Assembly: GCF_009914755.1 (NCBI RefSeq)
Contig: NC_060934.1
Strand: one strand, 5' to 3'
Origin: the human T2T-CHM13v2.0 reference genome, Homo sapiens
Length of the DNA stretch: 64,000 nucleotides
In this document: positions 28,195 to 45,396 of the stretch, in pieces
Layout of the letters: every line of letters starts with the position of its first letter
Numbering within the stretch: position 1 is the first letter of the stretch
Notes under the pieces: model-generated
Databases searched by the model: none
Told to the model about the DNA's origin: nothing
The model's input: only the letters and a program-made list of their open reading frames with translations
Translations under genes and position numbers: made by a program

Positions 28195-28788
28195 ACTGAT
28201 GGCTCTTGATTAGGGGAATGATATCACTGCAATTTTGCACTAGGACCATTATTCAGGCCACAAAACAAGGTGGGTGATGGAGGGCACTTAGAGGTTTCTA
28301 CAGCACTGGAGAGTGAAGGAATCTCAACACAGACAGGTACAGGGGGAGGCAGACGGAAGAACATGGATGAGTGAAACATACACATTCTCCAGGAAGGTGT
28401 AAAAATACTGGAATCCCAAAACCAAGAGACCAGTGCAAGCTTTGGGTTGTAAGGGCAGGAAATAAAATTGAACTGCTTCCTATCTGCTTTTTAGATTCTC
28501 TTTGAGACCAGTTTCAGGTAAGAGAAACTTATGTTACCAGCCTAAGACAAACTTGCAATATATTTTATTAAATGTTCATGTTTTTACTACCTATTTTATA
28601 CAGGGTGAGTATCTATTTGACCACATCTTGGCTCAGAATTCTCTTTTTCCTCCTCTCTAAAGTGGAGGTCAGAAGAGGCGGGTGACCCAGACACACTGAG
28701 GCTGGACTTCATGAGAGGTGGATGGGAGAGAACACTGGAATTGCAGCCCTGGAATAGTCACATGGGCGGGCATCCCCCGTGTGCTTGG

Positions 28789-29344
28789 GTTGCCAGAACA
28801 AGGGGTCTTGATTCAGACCCCAAGAGAGGGTTCTTAGATCTTGTGCAGGAAGGAATTCAAGGTGAGTCACAGAGCACAGTGAGAAGAGATAGTTTTCTTG
28901 AAAGCTGCTCAGTTACAGAGTAGGGCATCCTCACAAAGCAAGAGGGGGAATGCCTTGTGTTTTAAGATTTTCTTATATCGGGGTCTTATCTATGTGAAAG
29001 CTAAGCTAAGCTATGTCTATGTGTGGGTGGGCTGACAGCATGACAAAATTTATTATTCTGCTGATTTAAAGAAAACTATCCTTAGCATGTTAGCGCATCA
29101 GCACACCAAAGCATAACTATAATTATCTTGAGAGCGTATATTGTTATGGATATTGGGACATCTGGACTTTCTGTTGTAGGAGTGTGTCTTTGCAGGTATC
29201 TCTAAGCTGTTTCCTCAATCATAAACCTCTTATGATGCTGGGTCGTGATTGGCGAGGAATGTGCCCCTTGTTAGTTAGTCTCAAGATAGCGCTGAACTTA
29301 AAATGATGTTCCTCTGGCTCTCCTAGGCTCCTGCTTCCCTAACA
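28789..29344 (-). mobile_element. ERV1 solo LTR (LTR9-like)
   Basis: Minus strand starts tgttagggaagcaggagcctaggagagccagag; the other end has the ERV1 U5 motif cagaccccaagagagggttctt. Confidence 0.75.
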
Positions 29345-30271
29345 GTTGCATAAACGTCTATCATGTTCAGATCACCTGTTATTTATTTCCATAGCTCATC
29401 CTTTAGTAGATTGCAGACTCGTGCAGATGCAGAAAATATGTGTTGTCTTTGTATTCTAAGCACCTCAGTGCAATAGCAAATGGAGCAAGCACTGAATAAA
29501 TTGTTCTTTAATGAAGATTTCAACAACAAGAAATAGTGTACATGTGTATGGATCGTGTATATCCATATACTCACATATATGCACGTGTGTGTGGAAATGT
29601 ATATATAGTCATCTATAAATGGGTAGAGACACGTATAGATATTTTTGGGTGTATCTATTCATCTATTAAGCTTTACTTGTCGCGTGTCTGGTTGTACAGC
29701 TCCCATTGCTGACCATAACCGATGCAAGAAAGAGATCTTGGTTACTCATCAGTGCCTTATCCTCTAAACGGGTGGACCTGCTTCATGCAAGTGTTTCTGA
29801 AAGAAATTTTGTACAAACCAGATTTTTCTACATTAAATCCAATTCTAGATATACCTAAGGAGTCTGTATTTAATGTTTTTTACATATACTTTTGCAAAGT
29901 GAAGAGTCATTTCTATAAAGCGAATCATAAATCTTAAATGTATCTCTTTTCAAGTCCAAGTTTAATATATCAACTTTGCTTAAAGTTGGAGAATGCCTAC
30001 CCCTCCACTTCAAACTTTGCTCATCTCTTTGGCAGGGGGGTGAGGATTTCCCTAGCTCACTTGTGCAGTGTGGGGATGCGGTAACACTGCTTAGATGGCA
30101 GCCTCTTTCATTCAATATTGTGACTTTTGTTTCTCTCCAGAGAGGGATAGAGAGAAAGGAGAGAGAGAATTTGGTCTGTGGCCTAGGTTGTCTTTTCAGG
30201 CCCTTATTCCTGCTTCTTCTGACACATGATTGTCAACATCTCTAGTGGGGTTGGAAAAGACTTTGAGGGGA

Positions 30272-30679
30272 TGATTAGCTTGCTAGGACTGCCATAACAC
30301 AATGCCACAGACTGGGAATCTTAAACAACAGAAATTGATTTTCTCACAGTTCTGGAGGATGAAGTCTGAGATCAAGGTGTCAGCAGGTTTGGTTTCTCCT
30401 GAGGCCTCCCTCAGTGGCTTGCAGACGGCCACCTTCTTGCTGTGCCCCACATGGTCTTTTCTTTGTGCACATGCATCCTTGCTGTCCCTTTCTGTGTCCA
30501 AACTTTCTCTTTTTATAAAGACATAGGTCAGATTGGATTAGGGCCCACCCTAATGGCCTCATATTGACATAATTACCTCTTTTGAGACCCTCTCTACAAC
30601 TACAGTCACTCGGAGATACCAGGAATTAGGACTTGAACATATGAATTTTGGGGGATGGAACACAGTTCATCTCATAAGA
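30272..30679 (-). mobile_element. MLT1A/B MaLR LTR
   Basis: ctgccataaca...ttaaacaacagaaatt...ctcacagttctggagg...atatgaattttgggg. Confidence 0.85.
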
Positions 30680-33529
30680 GGAATACCTTGCCCAGCCTTG
30701 AATGCAGCATCCCCCCAAGTCATGTGGAGCCGCAGACCCGGAGACAGAAGCATCTGCCTCCCAGTTCTTTCCTTCCTCTGGAACCTGCTCTTGCATCATG
30801 GGTACCCCAGCAGCACAGCTGAGAGCCCAAAACCTGTCTCTAAGATACCAAGCATCTGCCCAGGAAGAGAAGCATCCCCCTCAACCCTATGTAATTAATT
30901 CTCTATGCTGAAGTCCTTCCCTGGTGTTGATTCCCACTGCCTTCCCTATCCACCTATCCTCTGGTCCCCAGAAGGCACAGTGAGAAGCGGGCTGAGGCCC
31001 ACAGGCAATTATGTAGATCCATGGATTCATAATTCAAAATAAACCCATCAAAACATTTGTTCTTACTTTTAACCCCGTTGTCCCCCAAGTGGAAATGTTA
31101 AGACACAACAGCAGAAGAGATAAATATGGCAGACAAAAGTTTTCCCACAGCCTTTAGCCCCTTAAACATTCTAATCCCATTGAAGATATTTATGCCTGGC
31201 CAAACACCGGGGCTGGGGGCTGGGCTCCTGCCGGCTGCCCCTTGCGGAGCCTGCCTGGCTTTGTAGAGACAGCTGCCTGTTGCTATGCGATTTGGTTACA
31301 GAAGGGCAATGCAGGGCACCTAACCCAAGTGCTTTTTTAACCAAACCACATGCTTATTAAAAGAATGGAGAAAGTTTCCATTAAAATATCTGGGCTGATT
31401 ACATTTGGAAACTTAATAACATGTGTTGACTCAAATAACTCCCATTGAACTGAACCCCAGCAGGGCTCAGAGTTCACCAGGGGAACAAATATCTCTGATG
31501 AAGCTTGGCATCTTAACCCTGTTTAACATTTTAATTAAGAAGGGAAAATTCGGTGTCATTTGCTTTTCTGCGGTCTCCAGGAGCGGCAGGGTTCACGCTT
31601 GAGAATTCCTCCAAGAGTCCGGCGGAAAGAAATACATTAGCTAATTAGGGGTGATACAAAACATCTATACACAAGACATATACGCTCCCGTTCTGCTTTG
31701 CAGGCCAGCTTTTCCACTGCCCTCCCCTTTCCACGCTGATTCTTAAAAGAGGATGCTTGAGTATACCTTCTTTTTTTTTTTTTTTCTTTTAAATACTGTT
31801 AATTGAGAGTTAAATTGTTGCTTGAGTCTCTTACTCTACACAGCCAGAGAGAGGCGAGGAGAAAGCATCAAGCTACAGCCCCGTTCTTGGGAAATACTCG
31901 GAACGCAGTTACTTTAGAAAACAGGTCCTCAAGTCCCCATTTCATAACCAGAAAACTCATCATTTTCACTAGTATTTCCTTTTTCTAGCCAGGCGGACAC
32001 TCTGGGAAATGCTTCTACTGATGACTCAGTTACGCAGAAAAACTTATCTTCCTTGTTTTGCAAATGAGCTTGCAAAACAGAGTTTAAAACAGCAGAGGCG
32101 GTTGCATCTACACCATACTTGGCTGGACTACTGGGTTTGTCCCTGTTCTCGAAAAGAAAAGAAAACGCAGCACACTGAGATAAGAAATAGTAGAAAATCC
32201 GTTTCACCAGAGATTTTTCAGTATATTTCCAAATCCAAAAAGTAACCAGCAGAGGCTCTTCTTTATTTATTTATTTTAGTTTGCTTTGCTTTGAAACCCT
32301 CAACCCCGAGTTTCTGTTAATTTTAAGCCCGGTTCTCCTTTGGATGTCCCTTCATCTACAACCCAGTCCTGGGCTGCTGTTTCCTTCCTGGGAATCCTCC
32401 CTGCCCTGTTTGGCCTGCTGTCTCCTTCGTGCCCCAGGGAAAACCATACTCCATCACCCCCTCCGCCCTGGACCCAAAAGGGATGAGGAACAACTGAACT
32501 ATGTGTTAATTGCGTTACGGGGCTTTCTCTAATGCAATAGTGGCCTTCTCCATAGCAACCGTGATTAAAAGATGCAGAATGGCGGGTCCTCCAGGGCCTG
32601 TCTGTCTGGGAAGTGATTGCCACTTTACAGAACAATTCAGTCCAGATAGAAGTTTATTGTGCACATTTCGCCTAAGCTGACTGCTCAGGTCACATTCCCC
32701 AAAGCCTCTTTCTCTCCCTCTGAGCGCTATTTTCAGGCTGATTTGGGGGAGGGAGCCACGGGAAATTTGCCACCCGGGTTGGGGGTGGTAGATGGGAGCT
32801 GTGTGGAGTTGCAGGTGGGGGTGGGGAGAGAGAGAAGAGAGGTGCCCTTGCTCCTATTCAGGGGCTGGGGAAGAAAATAATCCCAAGCTTGCAGCCTGAA
32901 TGTAAGTCATCGCCAAAGAAGCCCCATGCTTCATTAAGCATCTTTAAAAATGCCCACTGAGATGCCCAGAGGGGGTAAGGTAAATTCTCTTTCCATTTTT
33001 GTGCCTCTTTCTAAAGCACACAGCATTCCTATTTTATACACTGTGGGGTAAGTGATTTTCAAAGTTGGAGGGAGGGGGGAATTAAACATTATCTGGACTA
33101 CAACACACAGGACGGGGTGAGATAATTGTCCTGGCAGATTGCTTGATCTCCAAGGGAGGGGCGGGGGGCATCTGTGAGTCCCCACTTCTTTATCTTCCTT
33201 CTCCCATGCCCCCATTCCTTTTCTCCTCTCCTGTCCATAGGGTGAACCAAAAGTCCAGAAGCTCCGCTCACCCACACATGTGATGCTGAGACGCAGAGCT
33301 TGCACACGCCCTACACTTTGGATGCACATATGAGGAATTGACAAAGACTGCCCTTCAGCCACCAGGAACTAAAAGTCGCCAGGAGGCACTCCAGGTAGCT
33401 AGAGACACAGTTCGGAATATTAAAAGAAACTAAACATCATTGTGATTTCAAAATCCAGACTCAAGCTTGAACACATTCAAAAATATGTTCTTATAATAGA
33501 AACAAATTTTCAAGTGTCCAATTTCAGAG

Positions 33530-34075
<546 letters not shown>

Positions 34076-34176
34076 AGTTATCATTATTATTACACAAGAG
34101 TAGTGCTCTATGTTTGCATAGCACCTGACGGTTCACTGACCTTGCCTCTGATAATCTTCCCGACAATCCTGTGCTA

Positions 34177-34471
34177 TTTTTTTTTTTTTTTGAGACAGAG
34201 TCTCGCTCTGTTACCCAGGCTGGAGAGCAGTGCCGCAATCTTGGCTCACTGCAACCTCTGCCTCCCAGTTCAAATGATTCTCATGCCTCAGCCTCCTGAA
34301 TAGCTGGAATTACAGGTGCACGCCACCACGCCCAGCTAATTTTTTTTTTTTTTTTTTGTATTTTTAGTAGAGACAGGGTTTTGCCATGTTGGCCAGGCTG
34401 ATCTCAAAGTCCTGGCCTCAAGTGATCCACTCATCTTGGCCTCCCAAAGTGCTGGTGTTACAGCGCCTGAC
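34177..34471 (-). mobile_element. AluS/J
   Basis: Antisense Alu; TSD tcct(g/a)tgctatt. Confidence 0.9.
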
Positions 34472-35122
34472 CCCTCCTATGCTATTCTGACAAAGCCCTC
34501 TTTATGCCTTGCCAGAGGGAGGTCAAAGCCCCTTTTCCAGGTGTTGCCAGGCTAAGCAGAACAGGCCAATTGCTAGGTACAAAACAAATCAAGAAATCCA
34601 ACCTCCAAACTCCAACCCTAGTGACCAGGATTGTTCTCGACTATGGGATACAGTTCTGCCATCCTGGAGCTCACAGTTCAGTCTGCGCTCAGACATGGAG
34701 GTGAAGGCAAGATAACACAGCAAGGGTGGCTGCCCCAGGCCGAGGAGTCCATGTTTCTCCTGGAGCCTTGCTTCTATTTTTATTAACAAAATGTAAAAGA
34801 TAGCCTACTTCAAGGGCCTTGGAGTAGTTAGATTTCTCTAGGAAATAAAAATGCTATTTATACTGGCAAAAAATATAATTTTTCACACTTTTGAAAGTGT
34901 TTGAAGAAAATTGGATGAAGACCACAAATCTAAATATTTATAGTGCCAAGAAATGTGTGTTAATGTGATTTATTTTTGACTTTAGAAAATAATTCATTAG
35001 TATTATTACTATGTTAGTAATACTATTTCCCAAGGAAATCTCCAAATTTTGAACAAAAGCTAATATACAAATTAATTTAGGCAAACAGCCTCCTAGTTAC
35101 ACTTTGTACACTGACCATTATC

Positions 35123-35443
<321 letters not shown>

Positions 35444-35596
35444 ATCTTTGTATCTAATACGAAGATGCAATGCTCTTCAAAGGCTTTTGCCCAGATAGCT
35501 GCATAAGCAACGAGAACAGGTTAACAAGCACTCAGCCTTCAAGGCTGGGCCACCCTAAGCAGACGGACCTTCCCATGAGGCTGTCAACACTCTTCA

Positions 35597-36304
35597 AGTG
35601 TCTCCTTAAGTATGGCCCAAGAACCAACAGCATCAGCTTCACCCAGAAGCCTGTTAGAACTGCAAGATTTCACCCATAACTCTGTGCGCCCTTCCCTCCT
35701 GTCCTCTTTCCATCATCTTTCTGCGCCACCACAATGGTGCGCAAGAATGTCCTGGCTGATGTTCTCAAGAGCATCAACACTGCCAAAAAGAGAGGCAAAC
35801 ACCAGGCTCTTATTAGGCTGTGCTCCAAAGTCACCATCTGTTTTCTCACTGTGATGATGAAGCATGGTTACATTGGCGAATTTGAAATCATTGATGATCA
35901 CAGAGCTGGGAAAATTGTTATGAACCTCACAGGCAGGCTAAACAAGTGTGGAGTGATCAGCCTCAGATTTGATGTGCAACCCAGAGATCTAGAAAAATGG
36001 CAGAATAGCCTGCTTCCATCCCGCCAGTTTGGTTTCATTGTACTAATAATCTCAGCTGGGATCATGGATCACAAAGAAGCAAGACAAAACACACAGGAGG
36101 GAAAATCCTGGGATTCTTTTCCTAGAGCTGTAATACATATTTACAAATAAAATGCCTCATGGACAAAGGAAAAAAAAAAAAAAGAACTGCAAGATTTCAA
36201 CATCCTCAGCCACCTATTCACCCAGGCCCACAGAATCCAAATCTTCACTTTACCAGATTCCAGGTGATTTATATATGCACATTAAAGTTTGAGAACTGGT
36301 GGTC
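35597..36304. mobile_element. MER5A-like hAT element split by the RPS15A retrocopy
   Basis: cagcatcagcttcacc...tgttagaa on the left; caggtgatt...gcacattaaagtttgagaac on the right. Confidence 0.7.
35673..36182 (+). pseudogene. RPS15A: Processed pseudogene of 40S ribosomal protein S15a (uS8)
   Basis: Intronless ORF 35734-36150 aligns to RPS15A ([22 protein letters not shown]...[10 protein letters not shown]); about 18 substitutions in the first 117 aa versus the recalled human protein; frameshift near 36085; AATAAA at 36146-36151; poly-A; 17-bp TSD agaactgcaagatttca at 35656-35672 and 36183-36199. Confidence 0.97.
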
Positions 36305-36344
36305 TACACAGTTTTCACACAGCTGAGTGAAAAGGCAGTGGTCC

Positions 36345-36670
36345 CCCATGAAAGACTATGTATCTCAGCCTCCCTTGCAGCTAGGTGTGGCCAAGACACT
36401 AAGCTCCGGCTGAGAGACTAAGTTCTGGCTAGTGGCAGGTGAGCAGAAGTGACGTGTGCAACTTCCCAGTGTAGTCCTCAAAGAGAAGGAGACCGACACA
36501 TCCCTTTCCTCTTCCCCTTTCTTGCTGGACAGATTTAGACATCACAGCAGGAGGTGGAGCAGTTGTCTTAGATCAGAAATGGAATCCCCATGCCAAGGAT
36601 GGCAGAGCAAAGAAGAGGCCTAGATACTTGATGATTCTTTAACTTATCATAGCAGCCTTACCTCCAAATT
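36345..36670 (+). mobile_element. LTR33-like ERVL LTR fragment
   Basis: aaagactatgtatctcagcctcccttgcagctaggtgtggcca...actaagttctggc. Confidence 0.7.
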
Positions 36671-36929
36671 ACTACATGTTTTTATTTCTACATCTTCTAT
36701 GATAACAACTTCCAGTTGCAATCTGTATATATGTCATTTCTCGTTATAGAAAGTGAGCTTTTTGTGGACAGAGACCATACTTTGTTTTTATCCTCTACAT
36801 TAACTGGTTCTATCATGCAGTCTTGCCTTTAATACATGTATGCATGACTAGAAGTTAAGTGAATGAGCAAATGAATGAATGATTTATTATCAAGAAATGC
36901 TCACTAACCTCCCAGTGGTCAAAGATGAG

Positions 36930-38040
<1,111 letters not shown>

Positions 38041-38124
38041 TATTAATCCTTTTTTTTTTTTTTTGGAAGAACATCACTTGCTAAGTGGCTTCCTCATATG
38101 TGGGGATCACATTCCTCATGTGTG

Positions 38125-38498
38125 GGGGCAGGGGGCTCCTTCCAGGTTATAAATAGATTTAAAGATTTTCTGGTTGGCAATTGGTTGAAAGTTATTATCA
38201 ATAGAATGGATTGTCTGGGTTAGATTAGTGGTTGTGGAGACCAAGGTTTTATCACACAGATGAAGCCTCCACGTAGCAGGCTTCAGAGATAATAGACTGT
38301 AAATGCTTCTTATCAGACTGAGAGAGTCTGTTCTATCAGTAATTCCAAGAAGGAGGAAGGTATAATGAAGCATGTCCAGCTCCCCCTGGTCATTATGGCC
38401 TGAACTAGTTTTTTCAGGTTAACTTTGGAATGCCCTTGGCCAAGAGAAGGGGTCCATTCAGATGGTTGAGGGGCCTTAGAATTTTATTTTTGGTTTAT
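38125..38498 (-). mobile_element. MER4A-like ERV1 LTR, partial
   Basis: ccaggttataaatagatttaaagattttct...gggccttagaattttatttttggttta, typical of MER4; left part missing. Confidence 0.8.
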
Positions 38499-39795
38499 AA
38501 AAGATATGTCTATCTTGAATTTTGAGAGAGATTGTCAAGATACTGTCAAAATGTAGAGGCGCACTGTCACATTGTTTTATGCTCCACGCCACCGGGTATT
38601 TAGTGCTTATTTCCCCATGGTATTCCTAACACTGGCTATCACCTGTTTACATTTTTGACAATTCTGCAAGTGAGAAAAGGTATGTCTGTAATGGTATGAC
38701 TTGCATTTCTTCAACTATGAGTCAAGTTGCTTATCTTTTCATGTGCTTATTGGTAATTTAATTTTTTTCTGTGAATTGATGTTTAAATCCTTTGTACAGT
38801 TTTTTTTTTCTATTAGATTTTCATTTCTTCTGGAAGGGATCAGAAACCCAGAAAGCTGACTCAGGTGCCTTCGAGGGTATTGTCCTTTCTCTTTATTATC
38901 AAAAAGATTAACTGCACGTGGCATAGCATTATCTTCTAGATTTTGTGATTTGATCACTCTTAAATGCATGCTATTAGAGAGTGTGGTCAGATAACATAAG
39001 AGAGAACTAGACATTAGACTTGCTTATCCATTTCCATTATATTTTCTGATCTGATAGCCATGATAACGTTTAACCTAAGTCATAATAAAATTATTTTGCA
39101 GATTATTTGGATTTAAAGATTCCTCACTCCCAAATTCAGTGAAAGGTGACCAAAGGAGCATTTCCTACTGCATCGTACGTTCATTTAAAACATACCTTAA
39201 GCACACCACACCCTTCCAACACCCAGTTTCCTCATCTGTAAAATAAGCAGGTTGGACTCCATATTCCCTGAATCTGCAGTTCCTTTCAGATGTAACTTCC
39301 TGTGAAGCGGCATCTGCCAACCAGGAGCTCAAATATAATTAGTTTTGGCCTAAAAGAAAGCCAGGCTACATAGAAGGAGAATAATGTTTAACATGCAAGT
39401 CTGACCACAGGTGACCAAAGATTCTTGCCATTAGTCTTATTGCAGTGGTACATATAGGGACAACTGTAGACCCTCTCTACCCGGGCTTCACAGTTTTCAA
39501 AGTCTTCTCTGCAGTCACTGCCAAGACCAACTCCAACTCCTCAAACTCATTCCTTTGCCGAATCCTGAGTGAGGTCCTAGTTCCTGTCCATGTGTGATTG
39601 ACCCAAATACCAACGGAGAGCCTTAGTAGCTAGAGTAAATCTCCACATAGTAGGTTCTTAAACTGAATTACTTTTTTCCGAAAATATATTATTAGTGACA
39701 GTGTTAGTATTGTTATTTTGAGACTGGTGTGTGTGTGTGTGTGTTACAAGATAAAGGAAAAGAATAATTATGTTGGTATCATTGGGAACTGGGAT

Positions 39796-40103
<308 letters not shown>

Positions 40104-40109
40104 AGGAAC

Positions 40110-41180
40110 TGGGATTTTTCATCGTGGAGAAAAGAGATATAGACATAAATTTGATCTGGTTAAGTAAAATCCCTAGAGTCCTAAAAACTGCAGTGGATTC
40201 AAATCCACCAGCTATGTTTAAACTATGTTAAAATACCATATGGTATTTAAAAAGAAACTCACTGGTTACCTTTCAGATGTTCTAGATAACCAACTCCTTA
40301 TTTTGTACGTTGCTAAATGAAGAGAAAGAATAAGGCTTTTCTATATGAACTACCTTTGGGGTCTCATAGTTGATGAGGGTAAATTATCTCAAGTGTGGAT
40401 GGAATAAGATTTGAATATTGCCATTTTCAACCTACAATTAAATAAAGGATCCAGGCAGTCACTAATGGCTGCTAATGTCCTAAAAAGAGAAACCATCAGA
40501 TTATTTTCTGACTCTTGTTGGAAGAGCACATCATCTATGAAGGAATCTTATTTTAAAACTTGAACCCGGATTTAATTAAGCCTTGAGCTCTAAATAGCAA
40601 TTTACGAAAAGTACAGGGGAAAGAGGAACATGTTAAATGACATGATGGGGCCACAATCAGCAGAACCTGGACTTTTGGAAACTGTACAGAACAAATGACC
40701 AGGTTTCTTCAACAAATAACTTGCAAGGAAAAAAAATGATGTATAAGGGATTTAGGGATTAAAACAAACTTAACCATATTAACTGATTATGATGTATGGA
40801 CCTAACTTGGATTTGATTTTGAACAATTTGTGAAAAAATTTATAAGACAATTGAAATATGAACACTGAATGGCTATTCAATGATATTAAGGAATTACTGG
40901 TTATTGCAATAAATAGAGATGTGATGAAGAGTGCTAGTGGTTTTATGGTTAGTTATTTTAACAGCCTGTATCTTATAAAGACACATACTGCAATATTTAT
41001 TGATAAAATGATATGCCATCAGGGTTTGATTCAAAATTCTTCTGGAGATGGTAGAGGAGTCAGAGTAAGGTAAAACAAATGAAACAGCCCTGAGATGGCA
41101 TGGTTGAGGTTATGCAGTGGGTATATGGGGGTCATTATATCCATCTCTCTAATTTGTATGTTTAAAATATTTTATTAAGG
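40110..41180 (+). mobile_element. Old L1M (L1ME/MC-like) fragment
   Basis: aaatgaccaggtttcttcaacaaataa...gatattaaggaattact; degraded. Confidence 0.5.
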
Positions 41181-41188
41181 TAGTTTCC

Positions 41189-41642
<454 letters not shown>

Positions 41643-41940
41643 TTAAAATTTTTTTTAAGTAATTAAAAAATTTTTTCTCTCTCTCTTCTTTTTTAAAGGA
41701 GTAACTAGCAGTCCCAAGGCTGCTTGTCTCTACTTTCTGATCTGACACTGATTATCTTGAATGATCTAATTGACATCATTCAGTCATCCCTGTAAATTAA
41801 TAACATTTGAAACTTAGACACAACTCTTGCATAAGGCTGACATTCCTACAATGTGATGGACTAGCTATTGCCATTTCATCTTATACAAAGACCTCCTAAA
41901 GGAATACACTCTGATCAAAGATATCCAGAGAAGGATCTCC

Positions 41941-41942
<2 letters not shown>

Positions 41943-41975
<33 letters not shown>
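41943..41975. repeat. (CA)n microsatellite
   Basis: Seen directly. Confidence 0.95.
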
Positions 41976-41976
<1 letters not shown>

Positions 41977-42322
41977 CCCTCTAGGACAGGTGCACATGTG
42001 GGGAGAAGGGTATTACAATGACAATTGTTAAATTCTAACACCCTCCTTTTTACCATCAAACTCTAAACACTCACACTTTCCTCTTTTGGGAGTCCTTATT
42101 GCTAGAGAAATTAATGTATATTTCAGAGAATAGTAGCACAGATGACATTTTCAAGAGGCTGAATTCAGTCTTCCACTTGGAGGTGTCACATAAGGTATGA
42201 CGGCTCACACAGACCCTCAGAGGCCTTCCTTCCACCCTCAGCCCATTAACTTTTTTTCTGACCATTTCTCTAGTCTCTCTTGTTACTGTTAGGTTTCTTG
42301 TGGGTTGTTTGGTTAACCCTAC

Positions 42323-42686
42323 TATGTTAGTCCATTTTCATACTGCTATGAAGAAATATCTCAGACTGGGTAATTTATAAATAAAAACAGGTTTAATGAA
42401 CTCACAGTTCCACATGGTTGGGGAGGCCTCACAATTATGGTGGAAGGCGAAGGAAGAGCAAAGGCATGTCTTACATGGCAGCAGGCAAGAGAGCGTGTGC
42501 AGGGGAAATGCCCTTTATAAAACCATCAGATCTTGTGAGACTTATTTACTATCACGAGAACAGCACGGGAAAAACCCACCCCCAGGATTCAATTACCTCC
42601 CACCAGGTCCCTCCCATGGCACGTGGGAATTATGGGAGCTACAATTCAAGATGAGATTTGGGTGGGGACACAGCCAAACCATATCA
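42323..42686 (-). mobile_element. THE1 (C/D-like) MaLR solo LTR
   Basis: ttagtccattttcatactgct...tgggtggggacacagccaaaccatatca; 5-bp TSD cc(t/c)ac. Confidence 0.9.
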
Positions 42687-42949
42687 CCCACTGAGGGCAG
42701 TGATGCAACAGTAATTTTAGCCTACCCACAAGACATTGTCCCTGTTACTAAAGTGTTTGTGTCATAACTCCCCTGTTACTGCAGAGGGACACTTTTTTGA
42801 GGACTGCTCTTTGTGAAGCTGTACTATTTAAATAGATAGCAACATAGAATCAAATGAACATTCTCATTTACCTTTGGCTATTTTCAATTATTATATTGAT
42901 TGATAACATAAAGTCATATGTAAGTTCATCTGAGTGAGTGATTGATTAA

Positions 42950-43096
<147 letters not shown>

Positions 43097-44366
43097 TAAA
43101 TAATAATAGATTTATATAGGCTGTTAATAATAAGTTCATTGTGTTCTCCAATTCTCTGTAATCACCAACTTTTTTTTCCACTGAAAAGTGGGAAAGAGTG
43201 GGACGGGCTGATTTGCTTAGTTGGTGGTCAAAACTGAATGGGTCCATACTGCCTAAATGCATTCAATGCACAGTCCTAGACTGGAAAAAAAAAGTCGAAA
43301 GACATTGTTAGGAAAATTGGTGAAATTTGATGTCTTGTAGATAACAACATTGTGTCGATGTTTAATTTCCCAAAAGGTATGCAGTGGTTCTTTCTACTAT
43401 TCTTGCAGTTTTTCAAAAAGCTTGACATTATTTAAAAAGTACAAAATTTTAAAAAGCAATGAGGAATCTGAGCCCCAGACACAGTTGACCCTAGAACCCA
43501 GCACTTCCGTGGGACAGCCAAGTGCCATCGGCTCCCTGCTGTTGCCAGCTGAATACAATACAGTGCGTGTCACATGCCCCATGAGCAACACGGAGTCTGT
43601 GATTCAAGGAGAGGAGAGCATTATACAGCCAAGGAAGAAGTGACTTCTTGAAGGGGCTGGTGAGGGCTGGTGTCAAAAGTTAGAGCCATCAGCTCTCTCT
43701 TAGGCCAGATGCCTGGGGACTTTTATTACCAAAACAAAATAACAGCAATCAAGACAAAACAAATATCTGTACAGTTTAATCTTTATTTTTACAGGATTTG
43801 GCAGGAGCCGGAAGGTCTGGAACAGTAGGCCTTTCTGGGAACTTTGTATTTATTAAAATGGTCTGGACACTGGTTCTTATTATTCTTTCTCTCCCTTTGA
43901 AATGGGAATGGAAAGTCTCCCGATAAATGGGCAGAGGCATGGTCTAGACTCTCGTAACTAACTACTCTCATAATCCTTTTGTGCTCCAATACAAAAAATG
44001 CATGTGTGAACTTTACGTTCTTGAGATTCTAGGTTCTCAGCCACCCAACCTTGCTGAACATGCTGGGCAACGTGGAACACGGGGACTCGTGGTCATGCTA
44101 ATAACAGAACAAGTTTCCATTGGAAAGCTTTGCCTAAAAGAATCCTTAAAATACTATAAATTTACTCCACAGAATCTAATTCATCCTTCTTAGAAAAGAG
44201 TTGGAATTTCTGCCTTTAGAATTTATTCTTTATTTTACAAGTTCTACATTTCAAAGTTAACTTATCTTGCCAAATATTGAAATTCATCTTTATAAAACAG
44301 TACAACAGACAACCAGGATGCTATGTCATAACGTAAGCTTAATTTACATCTAAAAATAAATTTTTA

Positions 44367-45396
<1,030 letters not shown>

